Shown piece by piece: positions 18,807 through 27,689 of a stretch of 64,000 nt of DNA. The position numbers were made by a program, and so were the translations under genes. Within the stretch, counting starts at the first letter, position 1; each line of letters begins with the position of its first letter. Origin of the DNA: a phage; assembly GCA_025812035.1 (NCBI GenBank), contig GCA_025812035.1_4719.1, one strand, 5' to 3'. The notes beneath the pieces were generated by a model, which saw nothing but the letters and a program-made list of their open reading frames with translations, was not told the origin of the DNA and did not search any database.

Positions 18807-20117
18807 TTACGCGACGACAGAGTCGAGTTTCGCTGACACTTTGAACAGATCGTTGTTCATTGTGGAAGAAAGGACTTGTTGAATTTCTTCCTGTTTAACG
18901 GCTTTACGAACCCCAGGGCGAAGGATAAGCGTAACCATCTGTGAGAAGGTACGGTTATTGTTCATCACACTCAGTGTTTCATCGATTGTTTTGATGGTAT
19001 CCAACGTCATGGAACGAACGTCGCTTGGGACATCACGATCTTTCAGACGTATGATTAAATCTTGTTTGATTTTACGGAATCGTTCCATGTCGTTATCGTA
19101 AATGCTGTATGTTGGATCTAACCAAACAGAAAGCGCGGTTACGGCTACAACAACGAACACACCGATAGCGCCAACAGAAGCTAAACCTATCGCCATCATA
19201 GAGGCTATAGTAGCATCCATGATGAAGGAGAGCCAGAACATCGTTTTAGACTTCATGGAGTTGGTACCATAAAGCCGAAACATTTTAGCAAGCCCGCTAA
19301 CAAGATACTCCCCACCACCATGACGCGTAGCGAACTGATCAGCCATGAATTCGGAAGCAACGTCAGTGTATCGTCCAGCATTGTTTACGTTTCTTAACTG
19401 CATTGCTTTGTTAGAAACATAAACCGTATACCAGACACTACCGTCGTCTGAGTCGCTGATTTTGTTTACATCAACGTTAGTATCCAGCGTTTTGTTTAAC
19501 GCTTTAGCCAGTTCGATACGTTTTACTTTATCGGTTGTTCCCAACAGTTCACGCTGTACGGTCATGATCGAGGCTTCGACACGAACCGTTTCCGATAATG
19601 TTTCAAGGAAAGTAAATGCGTGACCGATTTCATGCAGCATTATGGCTGCTTTTTCTTCCGGAAGAAAGGGTTCTGTCGCTGTTAGCAGTTCATACGTGAT
19701 GGCAGAACGAATCTTCAACTCTTCAAAGATCCCGTAAACACGACCTTTTTCTAAATCGACATAACCGACAGGCGTATCTTTAATCTTCTTAAGGAGCGCA
19801 ATACCATCGACACCACGCATCCATAATCGATGATAGTCTGCCATGATTGTGTTGTTTGTCGAAATATCCGGTGGGTATACGTAGGCATTCATCTGACCCA
19901 TTTTCACGTCAACCGAAAATTCGATGTTCAACCCAGTATAGCGTTTAACCATCTCGGTTAAATGGCCGTCCTTGAAAACGTTTAAAACATCTTTTTTATC
20001 CAGTCCCTGTTTGCTTCTGAAGAACTCGGTCATCTCCTTGAACAAAGAGCCATCTTGAAAATTGATGGCCTCCATCTTTAATTCATCATGACCATACACA
20101 CGTTGTAATAATGACAT
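18807..20117 (-). CDS. Putative M48-like zinc metallopeptidase with transmembrane segments, 436 aa
   Basis: HEIGH (HExxH) zinc-binding motif, then ~80 aa later EFMAD (ExxAD-type third ligand); two hydrophobic helices (FWLSFIMDATIASMMAIGLA, IGVFVVVAVTALSVWL). Confidence 0.5.
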   Translation of the reverse strand: MSLLQRVYGHDELKMEAINFQDGSLFKEMTEFFRSKQGLDKKDVLNVFKDGHLTEMVKRYTGLNIEFSVDVKMGQMNAYVYPPDISTNNTIMADYHRLWMRGVDGIALLKKIKDTPVGYVDLEKGRVYGIFEELKIRSAITYELLTATEPFLPEEKAAIMLHEIGHAFTFLETLSETVRVEASIMTVQRELLGTTDKVKRIELAKALNKTLDTNVDVNKISDSDDGSVWYTVYVSNKAMQLRNVNNAGRYTDVASEFMADQFATRHGGGEYLVSGLAKMFRLYGTNSMKSKTMFWLSFIMDATIASMMAIGLASVGAIGVFVVVAVTALSVWLDPTYSIYDNDMERFRKIKQDLIIRLKDRDVPSDVRSMTLDTIKTIDETLSVMNNNRTFSQMVTLILRPGVRKAVKQEEIQQVLSSTMNNDLFKVSAKLDSVVA

Positions 20118-20129
20118 TGTACACTCTCT

Positions 20130-20145
20130 AAATTTACGTAAATTT
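20130..20145. promoter_or_regulatory. Perfect 16-bp palindrome AAATTTACGTAAATTT in the divergent intergenic region
   Basis: About 12 nt upstream of the M48-peptidase gene start, within the 220-bp region separating it from the polymerase-like gene; candidate operator. Confidence 0.35.
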
Positions 20146-20338
20146 AAGGGCTAACGGATCGGCTGGCCGCACCAATCACAATGTGTTCGTTGCTATGCAA
20201 CGGCATTCATAGAAATACCTTTTGACGGTAACATCACCTTTCACACCCCAAGCAATAAGAGTGGTCGGTTAAAAACAACAGAACGTGAGGATGATATAGA
20301 AATTCACCTTTTAACACCTATTACGAGTTTATCAAGCC

Positions 20339-22090
20339 ATGAGCGAACAAGAACGAAAACCTAAGAAGAAACTGCTCGGTATTCAATGTCGACACATCAG
20401 TTATAACGAAGCGAACGATGGCAGTAAGAACGATCTCATGATTGCAAAAGAGATCATGTTCTTTGATGATAATACGCAGGCAACGAACCTTCGATTCTTC
20501 GAGAATTACAAACGTCCATTTTGGGTGACGGTAGAGAGTAAACGTAAGAACAAATATAAAAAGGAAAGCGAGAAGCTCTCGCATGTACGTCGCTATGATG
20601 TCCGTCAAAGTGAACTGGTCGATAAAATCAGTTCGGTGCTTTATAAAAGACGTGCTGATGATAACACCCGCTTACAACAGCTCGCACGGAGTCCATACCT
20701 CTATGGAACGGACGTTAGCGCTAGCTGTTATTTAAAAACCCAATACAATACAAAATGGCCGGAATACGCCGATAAATTACCTGCCACCATCGCATGTTTC
20801 GATATCGAAACCGACGTTGTTCATGGGCACGGTAAGATCGTTTGTATGTCTATTACAATGGGCTACAATGCGATACTTTGCTATACCAAGGACTTCGTTG
20901 GTCATATTCCGAATGCGATCGAGAAAACCCACGAGAAGATTCGATATTACCTGGCCGAACGTCTGAACACCAAAGAGGATCCTCACGCGTTCGAAAAATA
21001 TCATTACGATGTTCGAATCGTAGAAAGCCCAGCACAAGCGGTCATCCAATGCATGCAGAAGGTTCACGAATGGCAGCCGGATTATCTCCTTGGCTGGAAT
21101 ATCGCGTTCGATATTCCACGTATGCTCCAGGCGCTGAACGAGGAAGGGTATCGTCCCGAGGATGTTTTCTCCGATCCTCGCGTACCCCCTAAGTATCGCA
21201 TTGCTCGCTGGGTACCACCGAAGACCGACAAGGTATCTGCTTCAGGTCGTAAAACCAACCTTACCCTTGAGCAGACCTGGCCGATGTTTTATACGATGGC
21301 TACATACCAGGTTATGGATGCGATGTGTGGTTATAAGTTCGTTCGTTTAGGAAGACCGGATGAAGGACGTTATTCACTCGATGCGGTGTTAGAGCGTAAT
21401 AAATGTCATACGAAACTAAAAGCGATTCCTGGTACAGAAGGGTTCACGGAGCTCGCCTGGCACGAAGAGATGCAAACGAACCATCAAATCGACTACGGCG
21501 TATATAACCTTTGGGATAACCAAGGTATTGAGGCATTGGACCAGAAAACAAAAGACTATTCGATGACCATCCCTATTCGTTTAGCGGCGTCGGATTTGAA
21601 AGATTTCAGTTCCAACCCTAAACGTATCTGTGATAAACTTTTCTTCGTTTATCTTAACCGTGGGGAAGTCATGGGATGCACCGCCGACGACATGACCCAG
21701 GAAGAAGATAAATGGGTTATCTCACGAGCAGGACATATCGTCACATTACCATGCGATCTCATGGCAGACAACGGCATACATCTCTTCTGGGATATGCCGA
21801 ACTTGAGAAGTTATATCCGTCTATTCGTTGCAGACCTTGACATAAGCAGTTCATACCCGAATGGGCAGATCCTGCTCAATCTATCCAGGGCGTGTGTTTT
21901 TCGTGAGCTCTCACGTATTGAGGGCGTCTCTGACTATCAATTCAGGAAGCTAGGTATCAACTTTATTACCGGAGGTAAAACGAACGCGGTAGACTTCTGT
22001 AGAATCGTTTATAAAGCACCATCGATGTTCGAACTCTTAGAACATTTCGATGCGACGCGTCCGAAAGAGGAAGCGCGAACCATCGAATGA
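20339..22090 (+). CDS. Family-B DNA polymerase-like protein: 3'-5' exonuclease domain plus motif-A-like segment, 583 aa (possible N-terminal part of a split polymerase)
   Basis: Exo I CFDIETD, Exo II GWNIAFDIPRM, Exo III YGVYNLWDNQ with family-B-like spacing; DLDISSSYPN resembles motif A (DxxSLYPS); no motif B/C before the stop; terminator hairpin follows. Confidence 0.5.
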   Translation: MSEQERKPKKKLLGIQCRHISYNEANDGSKNDLMIAKEIMFFDDNTQATNLRFFENYKRPFWVTVESKRKNKYKKESEKLSHVRRYDVRQSELVDKISSVLYKRRADDNTRLQQLARSPYLYGTDVSASCYLKTQYNTKWPEYADKLPATIACFDIETDVVHGHGKIVCMSITMGYNAILCYTKDFVGHIPNAIEKTHEKIRYYLAERLNTKEDPHAFEKYHYDVRIVESPAQAVIQCMQKVHEWQPDYLLGWNIAFDIPRMLQALNEEGYRPEDVFSDPRVPPKYRIARWVPPKTDKVSASGRKTNLTLEQTWPMFYTMATYQVMDAMCGYKFVRLGRPDEGRYSLDAVLERNKCHTKLKAIPGTEGFTELAWHEEMQTNHQIDYGVYNLWDNQGIEALDQKTKDYSMTIPIRLAASDLKDFSSNPKRICDKLFFVYLNRGEVMGCTADDMTQEEDKWVISRAGHIVTLPCDLMADNGIHLFWDMPNLRSYIRLFVADLDISSSYPNGQILLNLSRACVFRELSRIEGVSDYQFRKLGINFITGGKTNAVDFCRIVYKAPSMFELLEHFDATRPKEEARTIE

Positions 22091-22138
22091 TTAAAGTATG
22101 TTGATCCTCGTTTAACAAAAAAGAAAACGCATGCGAAG

Positions 22139-22180
22139 CCCCTCCCCCTGGCGGAAGCCGGAGGGAGGGGTGGAGGTTTT
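22139..22180. terminator. Hairpin plus T-run between convergent polymerase-like gene and paralog array
   Basis: C-rich/G-rich stem (CCCCTCCCCCTGGC / GCCGGAGGGAGGGG) followed by TGGAGGTTTT on the plus strand. Confidence 0.6.
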
Positions 22181-22188
22181 ATGTGTTT

Positions 22189-22638
22189 TTAATTATTATT
22201 GGTGGGGTTATCGTCCGGTTTATATTCAATGCCGTAGGCGACGTAACGGTCTGTTGTATGGACGACAAGCGAGATAGGGAAATCATAATGCATAGTTTTG
22301 TCTCGAACGAGCTGAGTAAAGAGATCCATATAACGTATTAAGTCTTCACTGGTGTAATCAGAAGGGAAGAAGACATCGATGGTTATTGAATCTTCATAGA
22401 GGCGTACGACCAACTTATCCAGAAGGTCGGCATATTGGTTAGCCGGGGTGACGTCCATCTGACAGATGCCACGATCTCCTTCGTCTCGCGATACCCACAT
22501 CGTGGTATCCTGTAATGAGGTTTCAAGGATCTCGAAAATACATTTTGCTGTAAGTCTTAGTTTATTTGTTACGTCATGGTTAGGTGAATAATGGTCACGG
22601 ATGTTTTTCACTGCGTCTTTGATAGAGAAAGTCATCAT
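22189..22638 (-). CDS. Small paralog family protein 1 of 8, 149 aa (function unknown)
   Basis: Shares N-terminal helix motif (AKCIFEILETSLQDTTMW) and acidic C-terminal tail (YGIEYKPDDNPT) with seven neighbours. Confidence 0.6.
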   Translation of the reverse strand: MMTFSIKDAVKNIRDHYSPNHDVTNKLRLTAKCIFEILETSLQDTTMWVSRDEGDRGICQMDVTPANQYADLLDKLVVRLYEDSITIDVFFPSDYTSEDLIRYMDLFTQLVRDKTMHYDFPISLVVHTTDRYVAYGIEYKPDDNPTNNN

Positions 22639-22648
22639 TGATGCTCCT

Positions 22649-23158
22649 TCAAATGAAATTAATACGTGCGGCTGTCGAAACGAGTTCGCTTGTAAAGCAA
22701 TGCTTACCGTCGGGATTTACCGTGTGGGTAAGTTTACAAACCTTAGCGGCAGGGTTAGCGCCGATGACAAGGACGGTCGTCATATCGAACAGTTCCACAC
22801 GTTGAAGAAATGCCGTATCGGCTACCTTCTGTAAACCGGTTGCTTCAAAATCGATGTGGTCGTTAAGAGGCACCAATTGGATTTCAATACGTTCTTTGAA
22901 AAGTTTAAACGTTACTGAAAACCGATGAGGTTCGGCATTAAGCCATAAAGGTCCGCGTTGGAAGTGCTGATATGCTTCATTCGCGGTGTTCTCGAAAACC
23001 CAGCAGTCGTGGACAAGAGAAGCCTCTTGTAACGATGATTCCAGGTAGTCAAATACCTTGTTTATCGTTTTCTCAAGCATAGGTGCTAGTGAACCAGGGT
23101 ATCCAGCAAATGCTGCTTCGGCAATCGATTTTATTGATACGATGTTGTTCTGACTCAT
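22649..23158 (-). CDS. Small paralog family protein 2 of 8, ~169 aa
   Basis: ORF track 22649..23185; start moved to MSQNN after AAGGAA that overlaps the upstream stop; N-terminal motif INKVFDYLESSLQEASLVHDCW. Confidence 0.55.
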   Translation of the reverse strand: MSQNNIVSIKSIAEAAFAGYPGSLAPMLEKTINKVFDYLESSLQEASLVHDCWVFENTANEAYQHFQRGPLWLNAEPHRFSVTFKLFKERIEIQLVPLNDHIDFEATGLQKVADTAFLQRVELFDMTTVLVIGANPAAKVCKLTHTVNPDGKHCFTSELVSTAARINFI

Positions 23159-23162
23159 TTCT

Positions 23163-23615
23163 TTATTCCTTGTTGGCTTCTTCAATGTACTTGGTGTCGT
23201 AAGACAAATGCTGAATTAATTTTCTAGGCTCGATGAAAATACGACACGTGATAAACACATCAGGGTTGTATTGTTCCACGCAACGTCCGAAGGCTTGTTT
23301 TGCGGCGTGACGCATCAACACTAATTCCCGATCGTTCATCTCATCATCAAATTCGATATGTATCGTGATTTTATCGGGAAATAAATAGATAGAGTAATCG
23401 CTACCAATACCGTCGTCGTCAAAGCGATAATCGTTGTGGTAATGGTGAAGTTTACCTTCGTGTACCGTCTGGTACCACCCGACGATACTATCAAGACCCA
23501 TACCCAGGCGTCCGAATGCCTGATTAATAATATCCTCGACGACGGATGCGGGGGTGGGACCATTGAACAATCTATCCAGACGTTTTTTCATCGATTTGTC
23601 TGTTTTCACATTCAT
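23163..23615 (-). CDS. Small paralog family protein 3 of 8, ~150 aa
   Basis: ORF track 23163..23666 would translate the upstream hairpin; start moved to MNVKTDKS. Motif VEDIINQAFGRLGMGLDSIVGW. Confidence 0.55.
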   Translation of the reverse strand: MNVKTDKSMKKRLDRLFNGPTPASVVEDIINQAFGRLGMGLDSIVGWYQTVHEGKLHHYHNDYRFDDDGIGSDYSIYLFPDKITIHIEFDDEMNDRELVLMRHAAKQAFGRCVEQYNPDVFITCRIFIEPRKLIQHLSYDTKYIEEANKE

Positions 23616-23645
23616 CGATTCTGTTCCTGTTATAGTCAGTATAAA

Positions 23646-23681
23646 CCCTCCTTCCCTAGCCATCAAGGCCGGGGAAGGGGG
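23646..23681 (-). terminator. C-rich/G-rich hairpin inside the paralog array
   Basis: CCCTCCTTCCC ... GGGGAAGGGGG between genes ending 23694 and starting ~23615. Confidence 0.45.
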
Positions 23682-23693
23682 TATGTGCGTTAT

Positions 23694-24101
23694 TTATGCT
23701 TCGTTGTCAACTAAAGGTGCTGTATGTTTCTTACCGTCGATGTGCCAAATGAGACACGCTGGATAGAGGTTAACATCTAGAGAGCAGGGGAGGCCATATT
23801 TCTCTTCCAGTTCGTAAAGACGTTCAGCGAGCTGCTTCCGTCCATCATCATCGTTTTGCAATGCATGATGGCCGAATCGTTGCTGGTCGTTCTTTACATA
23901 CGCCTCGAAAAGTATATGTTGTTGAAAAACGATGATTCTTACACCTTCAAGTATGTCGGTGTCGAGCATGCGAGAAAAACTCATACATGCCTCTGATGCC
24001 GAAGACGAGTTTTCCTCTTTAACAATATCAATCATCGCGGTGATACGTGGCTGATCGATGTTGTCGTTAACCGCTTTAACGATGGAATCTACAATACTCA
24101 T
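23694..24101 (-). CDS. Small paralog family protein 4 of 8, 135 aa
   Basis: ORF; N-terminal VKAVNDNIDQPRITAMIDIV; similar fold pattern to neighbours by eye (weakest member). Confidence 0.5.
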   Translation of the reverse strand: MSIVDSIVKAVNDNIDQPRITAMIDIVKEENSSSASEACMSFSRMLDTDILEGVRIIVFQQHILFEAYVKNDQQRFGHHALQNDDDGRKQLAERLYELEEKYGLPCSLDVNLYPACLIWHIDGKKHTAPLVDNEA

Positions 24102-24138
24102 TTTTTATCCTTAATGTTACCGGTTTAGAAATATTATT

Positions 24139-24903
24139 TTATTTACTGTTATCCTTATCGACAGTTGTTACCCATGATGGGAAAGCCGGATGGAAACAGA
24201 GCGTGAACGTAACCTTCGCATCGTATTTAAGCGCGTGGTTCACTAACCGGGTATCGAACGTTTTCCTTAGCCCGTCATCATCATTATCGATGATAGTCAT
24301 ATCCCTTAATATCCCAAGCACGTTAACGCCATCGGGTGTCTGGGTTACGACGACTCGTCGTAACGGCCCATGTGTATAGTCACGTACGTATCCTTTCTTC
24401 GGGTCCGATACTCTGTTTAACGCATCGCGATTTTCGATGAGTTCATCAGCAATACGATAGATGTGTTCCCTTGCTTTATCGTGATCGTATTCTGCTAATA
24501 GTTCCTTTGTATCGAACGATATCGCGTTACTATCATTCGATTCAGAAGGGAAATAAAGAACTAAACGAACAGGGTATTCGTATTGATCCGTTCTCGTTTC
24601 GAAAACACCGGCTAAACATGGTTTATATGCCTTTGCGTCGACGTTGTCTAAACACGGATGCAATAATGCGTGAATAACGACACCATCGTCAGTTAAACCG
24701 AATTCCAGAAATTGTGTTTCATCGGTATCTGTTACCGTTTTCTGAAGATACGCTTTACCGTTAACGATATCGGTATCCCATATATCGTCGTTTAATGATT
24801 CTTCAAACTTATCGAATATAAGGTTTACGGTATCGATGAGTCCATCGATACGCCACTGCTGATTGCTCTCAATTAATTGCTGAACCTTATCTTTGATAGA
24901 CAT
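24139..24903 (-). CDS. Small paralog family protein 5 of 8, 254 aa (extended C-terminus)
   Basis: AAGGAG SD overlapping the upstream stop; N-terminal NLIFDKFEESLNDDIWDTD; central YEYPVRLVLYFPSE matches the family pattern. Confidence 0.6.
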   Translation of the reverse strand: MSIKDKVQQLIESNQQWRIDGLIDTVNLIFDKFEESLNDDIWDTDIVNGKAYLQKTVTDTDETQFLEFGLTDDGVVIHALLHPCLDNVDAKAYKPCLAGVFETRTDQYEYPVRLVLYFPSESNDSNAISFDTKELLAEYDHDKAREHIYRIADELIENRDALNRVSDPKKGYVRDYTHGPLRRVVVTQTPDGVNVLGILRDMTIIDNDDDGLRKTFDTRLVNHALKYDAKVTFTLCFHPAFPSWVTTVDKDNSK

Positions 24904-24905
24904 GA

Positions 24906-25364
24906 TTACTCCTTAGTTCCTTCTTCGTCAGGTGTATACGCCAATGTGAAGAATTCATAACCATCAACAAACTTGAATGTTACTGTAATAGGGAAATCGC
25001 ACGGCATGACGGATTTCATAAATGCATCATTAGCAACCTCAGATAACCGACGTATGACATCTCCCCTGCTGGCGTTGAATGGTAGTTTTATGTCGATAAG
25101 GATGCGGTGCTTGTAAACATAGAAAACAACGGTACTGTCAAGATAAATACCAGAGAGCTGCGTTGTTGGGATGCGTTCCACAATGGAAAAATACGTCCCA
25201 TCAGTATCGCTATTTCCCACCGACCATTTATCGGATTTGCGTAGATTTTCTTTGAGGGATTCGACACTTCGAGTGATGACCTCAACGATAGGCGTGACGT
25301 AAGCGTCTTTATGCGTGTCGAAAAGTTCGTTAACAGTAGACTTGAATGAATATTCTGTTGTCAT
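24906..25364 (-). CDS. Small paralog family protein 6 of 8, 152 aa
   Basis: Start overlaps the upstream stop; VEVITRSVESLKENLRKSDKW ... CDFPITVTFKFVDGYEFFTLAYTPDEEG. Confidence 0.6.
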   Translation of the reverse strand: MTTEYSFKSTVNELFDTHKDAYVTPIVEVITRSVESLKENLRKSDKWSVGNSDTDGTYFSIVERIPTTQLSGIYLDSTVVFYVYKHRILIDIKLPFNASRGDVIRRLSEVANDAFMKSVMPCDFPITVTFKFVDGYEFFTLAYTPDEEGTKE

Positions 25365-25879
25365 TATTCTACCTCTTTCTTCATCTTCATCGGAACAGAG
25401 AGTGTTGTTACCTCTGTTCCATTATCCGGCTCATATTCCAATGTAACGAGATCGTAACCATCCGATAATTCATAATCGATCGCTAGGGGGAACGAGATAC
25501 CGTGCGACTTTATGCATTTACCAAATGTCTCATTGGCCGTATACATTAGAAGTTGCTTTGCGGCAAGCCCGTTTACGCTGAAAGGTAATCGTGCTGTCGC
25601 AGCGATACGATTATTGTAAACTCTGATATCGGTGATATCTACAATCGTAGCATTGCTATGTTGTAATGTTGGAACGGATAGGCTGTAGAAGTAAGGTTTA
25701 GATCCGGAATCGGGTTCATTAAATAATTCCCAACATCCGTCCTCCTGCAATCTTACCTCGAGTATTTCAAAGCTTTTAATTATCGATTCTACCAGCTGCT
25801 CACCGTAAGAATCCCATGTCGTCATTTTAGCACCTTCGATACCTTTTAACCGACACGTGCCCCACTTAACAAGGGACAC
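25364..25879 (-). CDS. Small paralog family protein 7 of 8, 171 aa
   Basis: ESIIKSFEILEVRLQEDGCW ... ISFPLAIDYELSDGYDLVTLEYEPDNG. Confidence 0.6.
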   Translation of the reverse strand: MSLVKWGTCRLKGIEGAKMTTWDSYGEQLVESIIKSFEILEVRLQEDGCWELFNEPDSGSKPYFYSLSVPTLQHSNATIVDITDIRVYNNRIAATARLPFSVNGLAAKQLLMYTANETFGKCIKSHGISFPLAIDYELSDGYDLVTLEYEPDNGTEVTTLSVPMKMKKEVE

Positions 25880-25894
25880 GAAGTCGTTGATTAA

Positions 25895-26395
25895 TTACTC
25901 TTCTGTGTTTTCATTGTCAGGATCGTAGTGGAATTCGAACAGCCCTGAACCGTCATGCCCATTGATTGTTAGTATAACGGGCATATCGAATCCTCGGACG
26001 CGCGAATGAAAACACTGTGCTAATTTTAGTTTGGCGTATGCCGCTATTTCATTGATGGCAATACACGACTCACCTGTTATACTCAGTATAACGTCGATAC
26101 TAACAATGTTGTTGTGCAACGCAAAACGCCAACGATCGATATGATTATTATCTTTAGCGGTTGTCTCGTTTACGAGATAGACTTTATCGTCAGCCGACAA
26201 AGCGGGGCTCCAGCAACGTTCGTTTATTAAATTCGCCTGGAGTTTTAGTATCGTCTGATCAATAATATCCCAACACGTAACCAGCGTGGCGTCAGACACT
26301 GAATTGAGAAGGGCGAGCACTTTATCCTTTATTTTAAGTGCTTCCGCAGGACGCCCGCAAATACCATGCATTTCAACTTTCTTATTCATATTCAC
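25895..26395 (-). CDS. Small paralog family protein 8 of 8, 166 aa
   Basis: WDIIDQTILKLQANLINERCW ... FDMPVILTINGHDGSGLFEFHYDPDNEN. Confidence 0.6.
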   Translation of the reverse strand: MNMNKKVEMHGICGRPAEALKIKDKVLALLNSVSDATLVTCWDIIDQTILKLQANLINERCWSPALSADDKVYLVNETTAKDNNHIDRWRFALHNNIVSIDVILSITGESCIAINEIAAYAKLKLAQCFHSRVRGFDMPVILTINGHDGSGLFEFHYDPDNENTEE

Positions 26396-26432
26396 CTCTT
26401 TTTTAATCTAAATGTTAGTTGGGATAGGGCGA

Positions 26433-27065
26433 TCACATGCTTTCTAACATATTGACGATCATGGAACCCATACCGAAACTCGGTCTCTCGCCGATGTACT
26501 CAGCAAGCTGACGATGAACGTCTTTTGGATTCCCTTCTTCACCGTCGGCATCGATGTAAACCGAAAAAGAAAATGAATCGGAATCCACGCTGATAACCAG
26601 ACGACGTTCATTGCGTTCCTTGAGTGTATCGACAATAGCTGCTTTCAGTACTGTGATCGCGTTCATCGCGTGCAAGATATCTCCATCAGGTCTCGCCAGA
26701 TCGATCTTTTCTTTCAGGTCGATATTGATGTTGGTTACAATTGGATTGAGATCGACTTTGACATAATCGTTAGGGGACACGCGAATAATTGCACGATCGA
26801 TATCTGAACCGTAAAAGTCGATACGTGGCTTTAACACTTCTTTGTTTGGATCCATGTTTTCATCCATACCCGCCTGTAGAAAGCGTTCTACGTTATCCAG
26901 TTCACGATAAACTGACGCTTCGATTTCTTTCAGATAGTTGGCTGCGGTTTCATGTTCTTTGCGTAGCTCGTCTTTAAGGAGCTGTACGGTGACTTCACTG
27001 GAACGAATGCTGTTCGCGAATTGTGTAATTGACATATCGAATTCCTTAAGTTCTCTTGAGTTCAA
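26433..27065 (-). CDS. Hypothetical protein, 210 aa
   Basis: ORF followed on the minus strand by a hairpin plus T-run terminator (~27084-27112). Confidence 0.55.
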   Translation of the reverse strand: MNSRELKEFDMSITQFANSIRSSEVTVQLLKDELRKEHETAANYLKEIEASVYRELDNVERFLQAGMDENMDPNKEVLKPRIDFYGSDIDRAIIRVSPNDYVKVDLNPIVTNINIDLKEKIDLARPDGDILHAMNAITVLKAAIVDTLKERNERRLVISVDSDSFSFSVYIDADGEEGNPKDVHRQLAEYIGERPSFGMGSMIVNMLESM

Positions 27066-27083
27066 TTAATGATGAAATGCTGT

Positions 27084-27112
27084 AAAAAAAAAATGGTGGG
27101 GCGAACCCCACC
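27084..27112 (-). terminator. Rho-independent terminator (hairpin plus U-tract)
   Basis: Minus-strand GGTGGGG-TTCG-CCCCACC followed by a 10-T run; 3' of the gene ending 27137. Confidence 0.75.
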
Positions 27113-27136
27113 GAAACGTCAGACACACGCAGAAAA

Positions 27137-27562
27137 TCAATTCAGTGATGCATACAACGCATAACGACTGTAGATCTCAACCGCTGGCCCGTTATGCGTT
27201 AACAGACCATCTCGGTTGTAATACTGGAAAAAGGAATAGCGTTTGTCGAAGTGATAAACGAAAGCAATGTCTTTACCGTTAAGACCCGTGATGCGTGGTC
27301 TGTTTTTATCTAGCAATGCTTTGACTTTTAACAGTGTTGCCGCACGTGCTTTAACATTAGGGATTAATCCATCACAGTCGATATAAACCGTGTAACCTGT
27401 TTCAGATGTTGCGACGGTTGTATTGCGATTGACGCGGAAGATTTTTGTTTTGTATGTATTATCTTCAAGGATTGGGTTTTGTTTTTCGTATTTTCGTTTA
27501 TGCAGAAATCCTACAACGGTAATATAGTTAGCGGTAATATGTCCGGTTATAGCCTGTAACAT
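27137..27562 (-). CDS. Hypothetical protein, 141 aa, preceded by the conserved ~95-bp leader element
   Basis: ATG with AAGAGGA SD inside the repeated leader (27563-27660). Confidence 0.55.
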   Translation of the reverse strand: MLQAITGHITANYITVVGFLHKRKYEKQNPILEDNTYKTKIFRVNRNTTVATSETGYTVYIDCDGLIPNVKARAATLLKVKALLDKNRPRITGLNGKDIAFVYHFDKRYSFFQYYNRDGLLTHNGPAVEIYSRYALYASLN

Positions 27563-27660
27563 TTTGACATCCTCTTATATTGGATTGATTACAGTTATCT
27601 TAAATAGGCGATAAGATATCTTGCTCTTATCACCTTAGTAATATAGCCGTGAAATAAATT
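27563..27660 (-). promoter_or_regulatory. Conserved ~95-bp leader/promoter element, copy 1
   Basis: Minus-strand order: box TTTCACGGCTATATTA (contains -10-like TATATT), a 5'-UTR hairpin, then AATCAATCCAATATAAGAGGATGTCAA-ATG; the same blocks recur at 51772-51862. Confidence 0.55.
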
Positions 27661-27689
27661 GTGTTAACAAGAAATAAAACAGCATAGAA

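Noticed and set aside
20321-20608. 95-aa minus-strand ORF overlapping the start of the polymerase-like gene
   Set aside because: Antisense to a gene with clear exonuclease motifs and extending into the divergent control region; no SD.
22189-26395. Paralog array considered as a cluster of immunity proteins next to a polymorphic toxin
   Set aside because: No large toxin-like gene with a variable C-terminal domain is adjacent; the array sits between the polymerase-like gene and other small phage genes, so a host-modulation role is more plausible but remains unproven.
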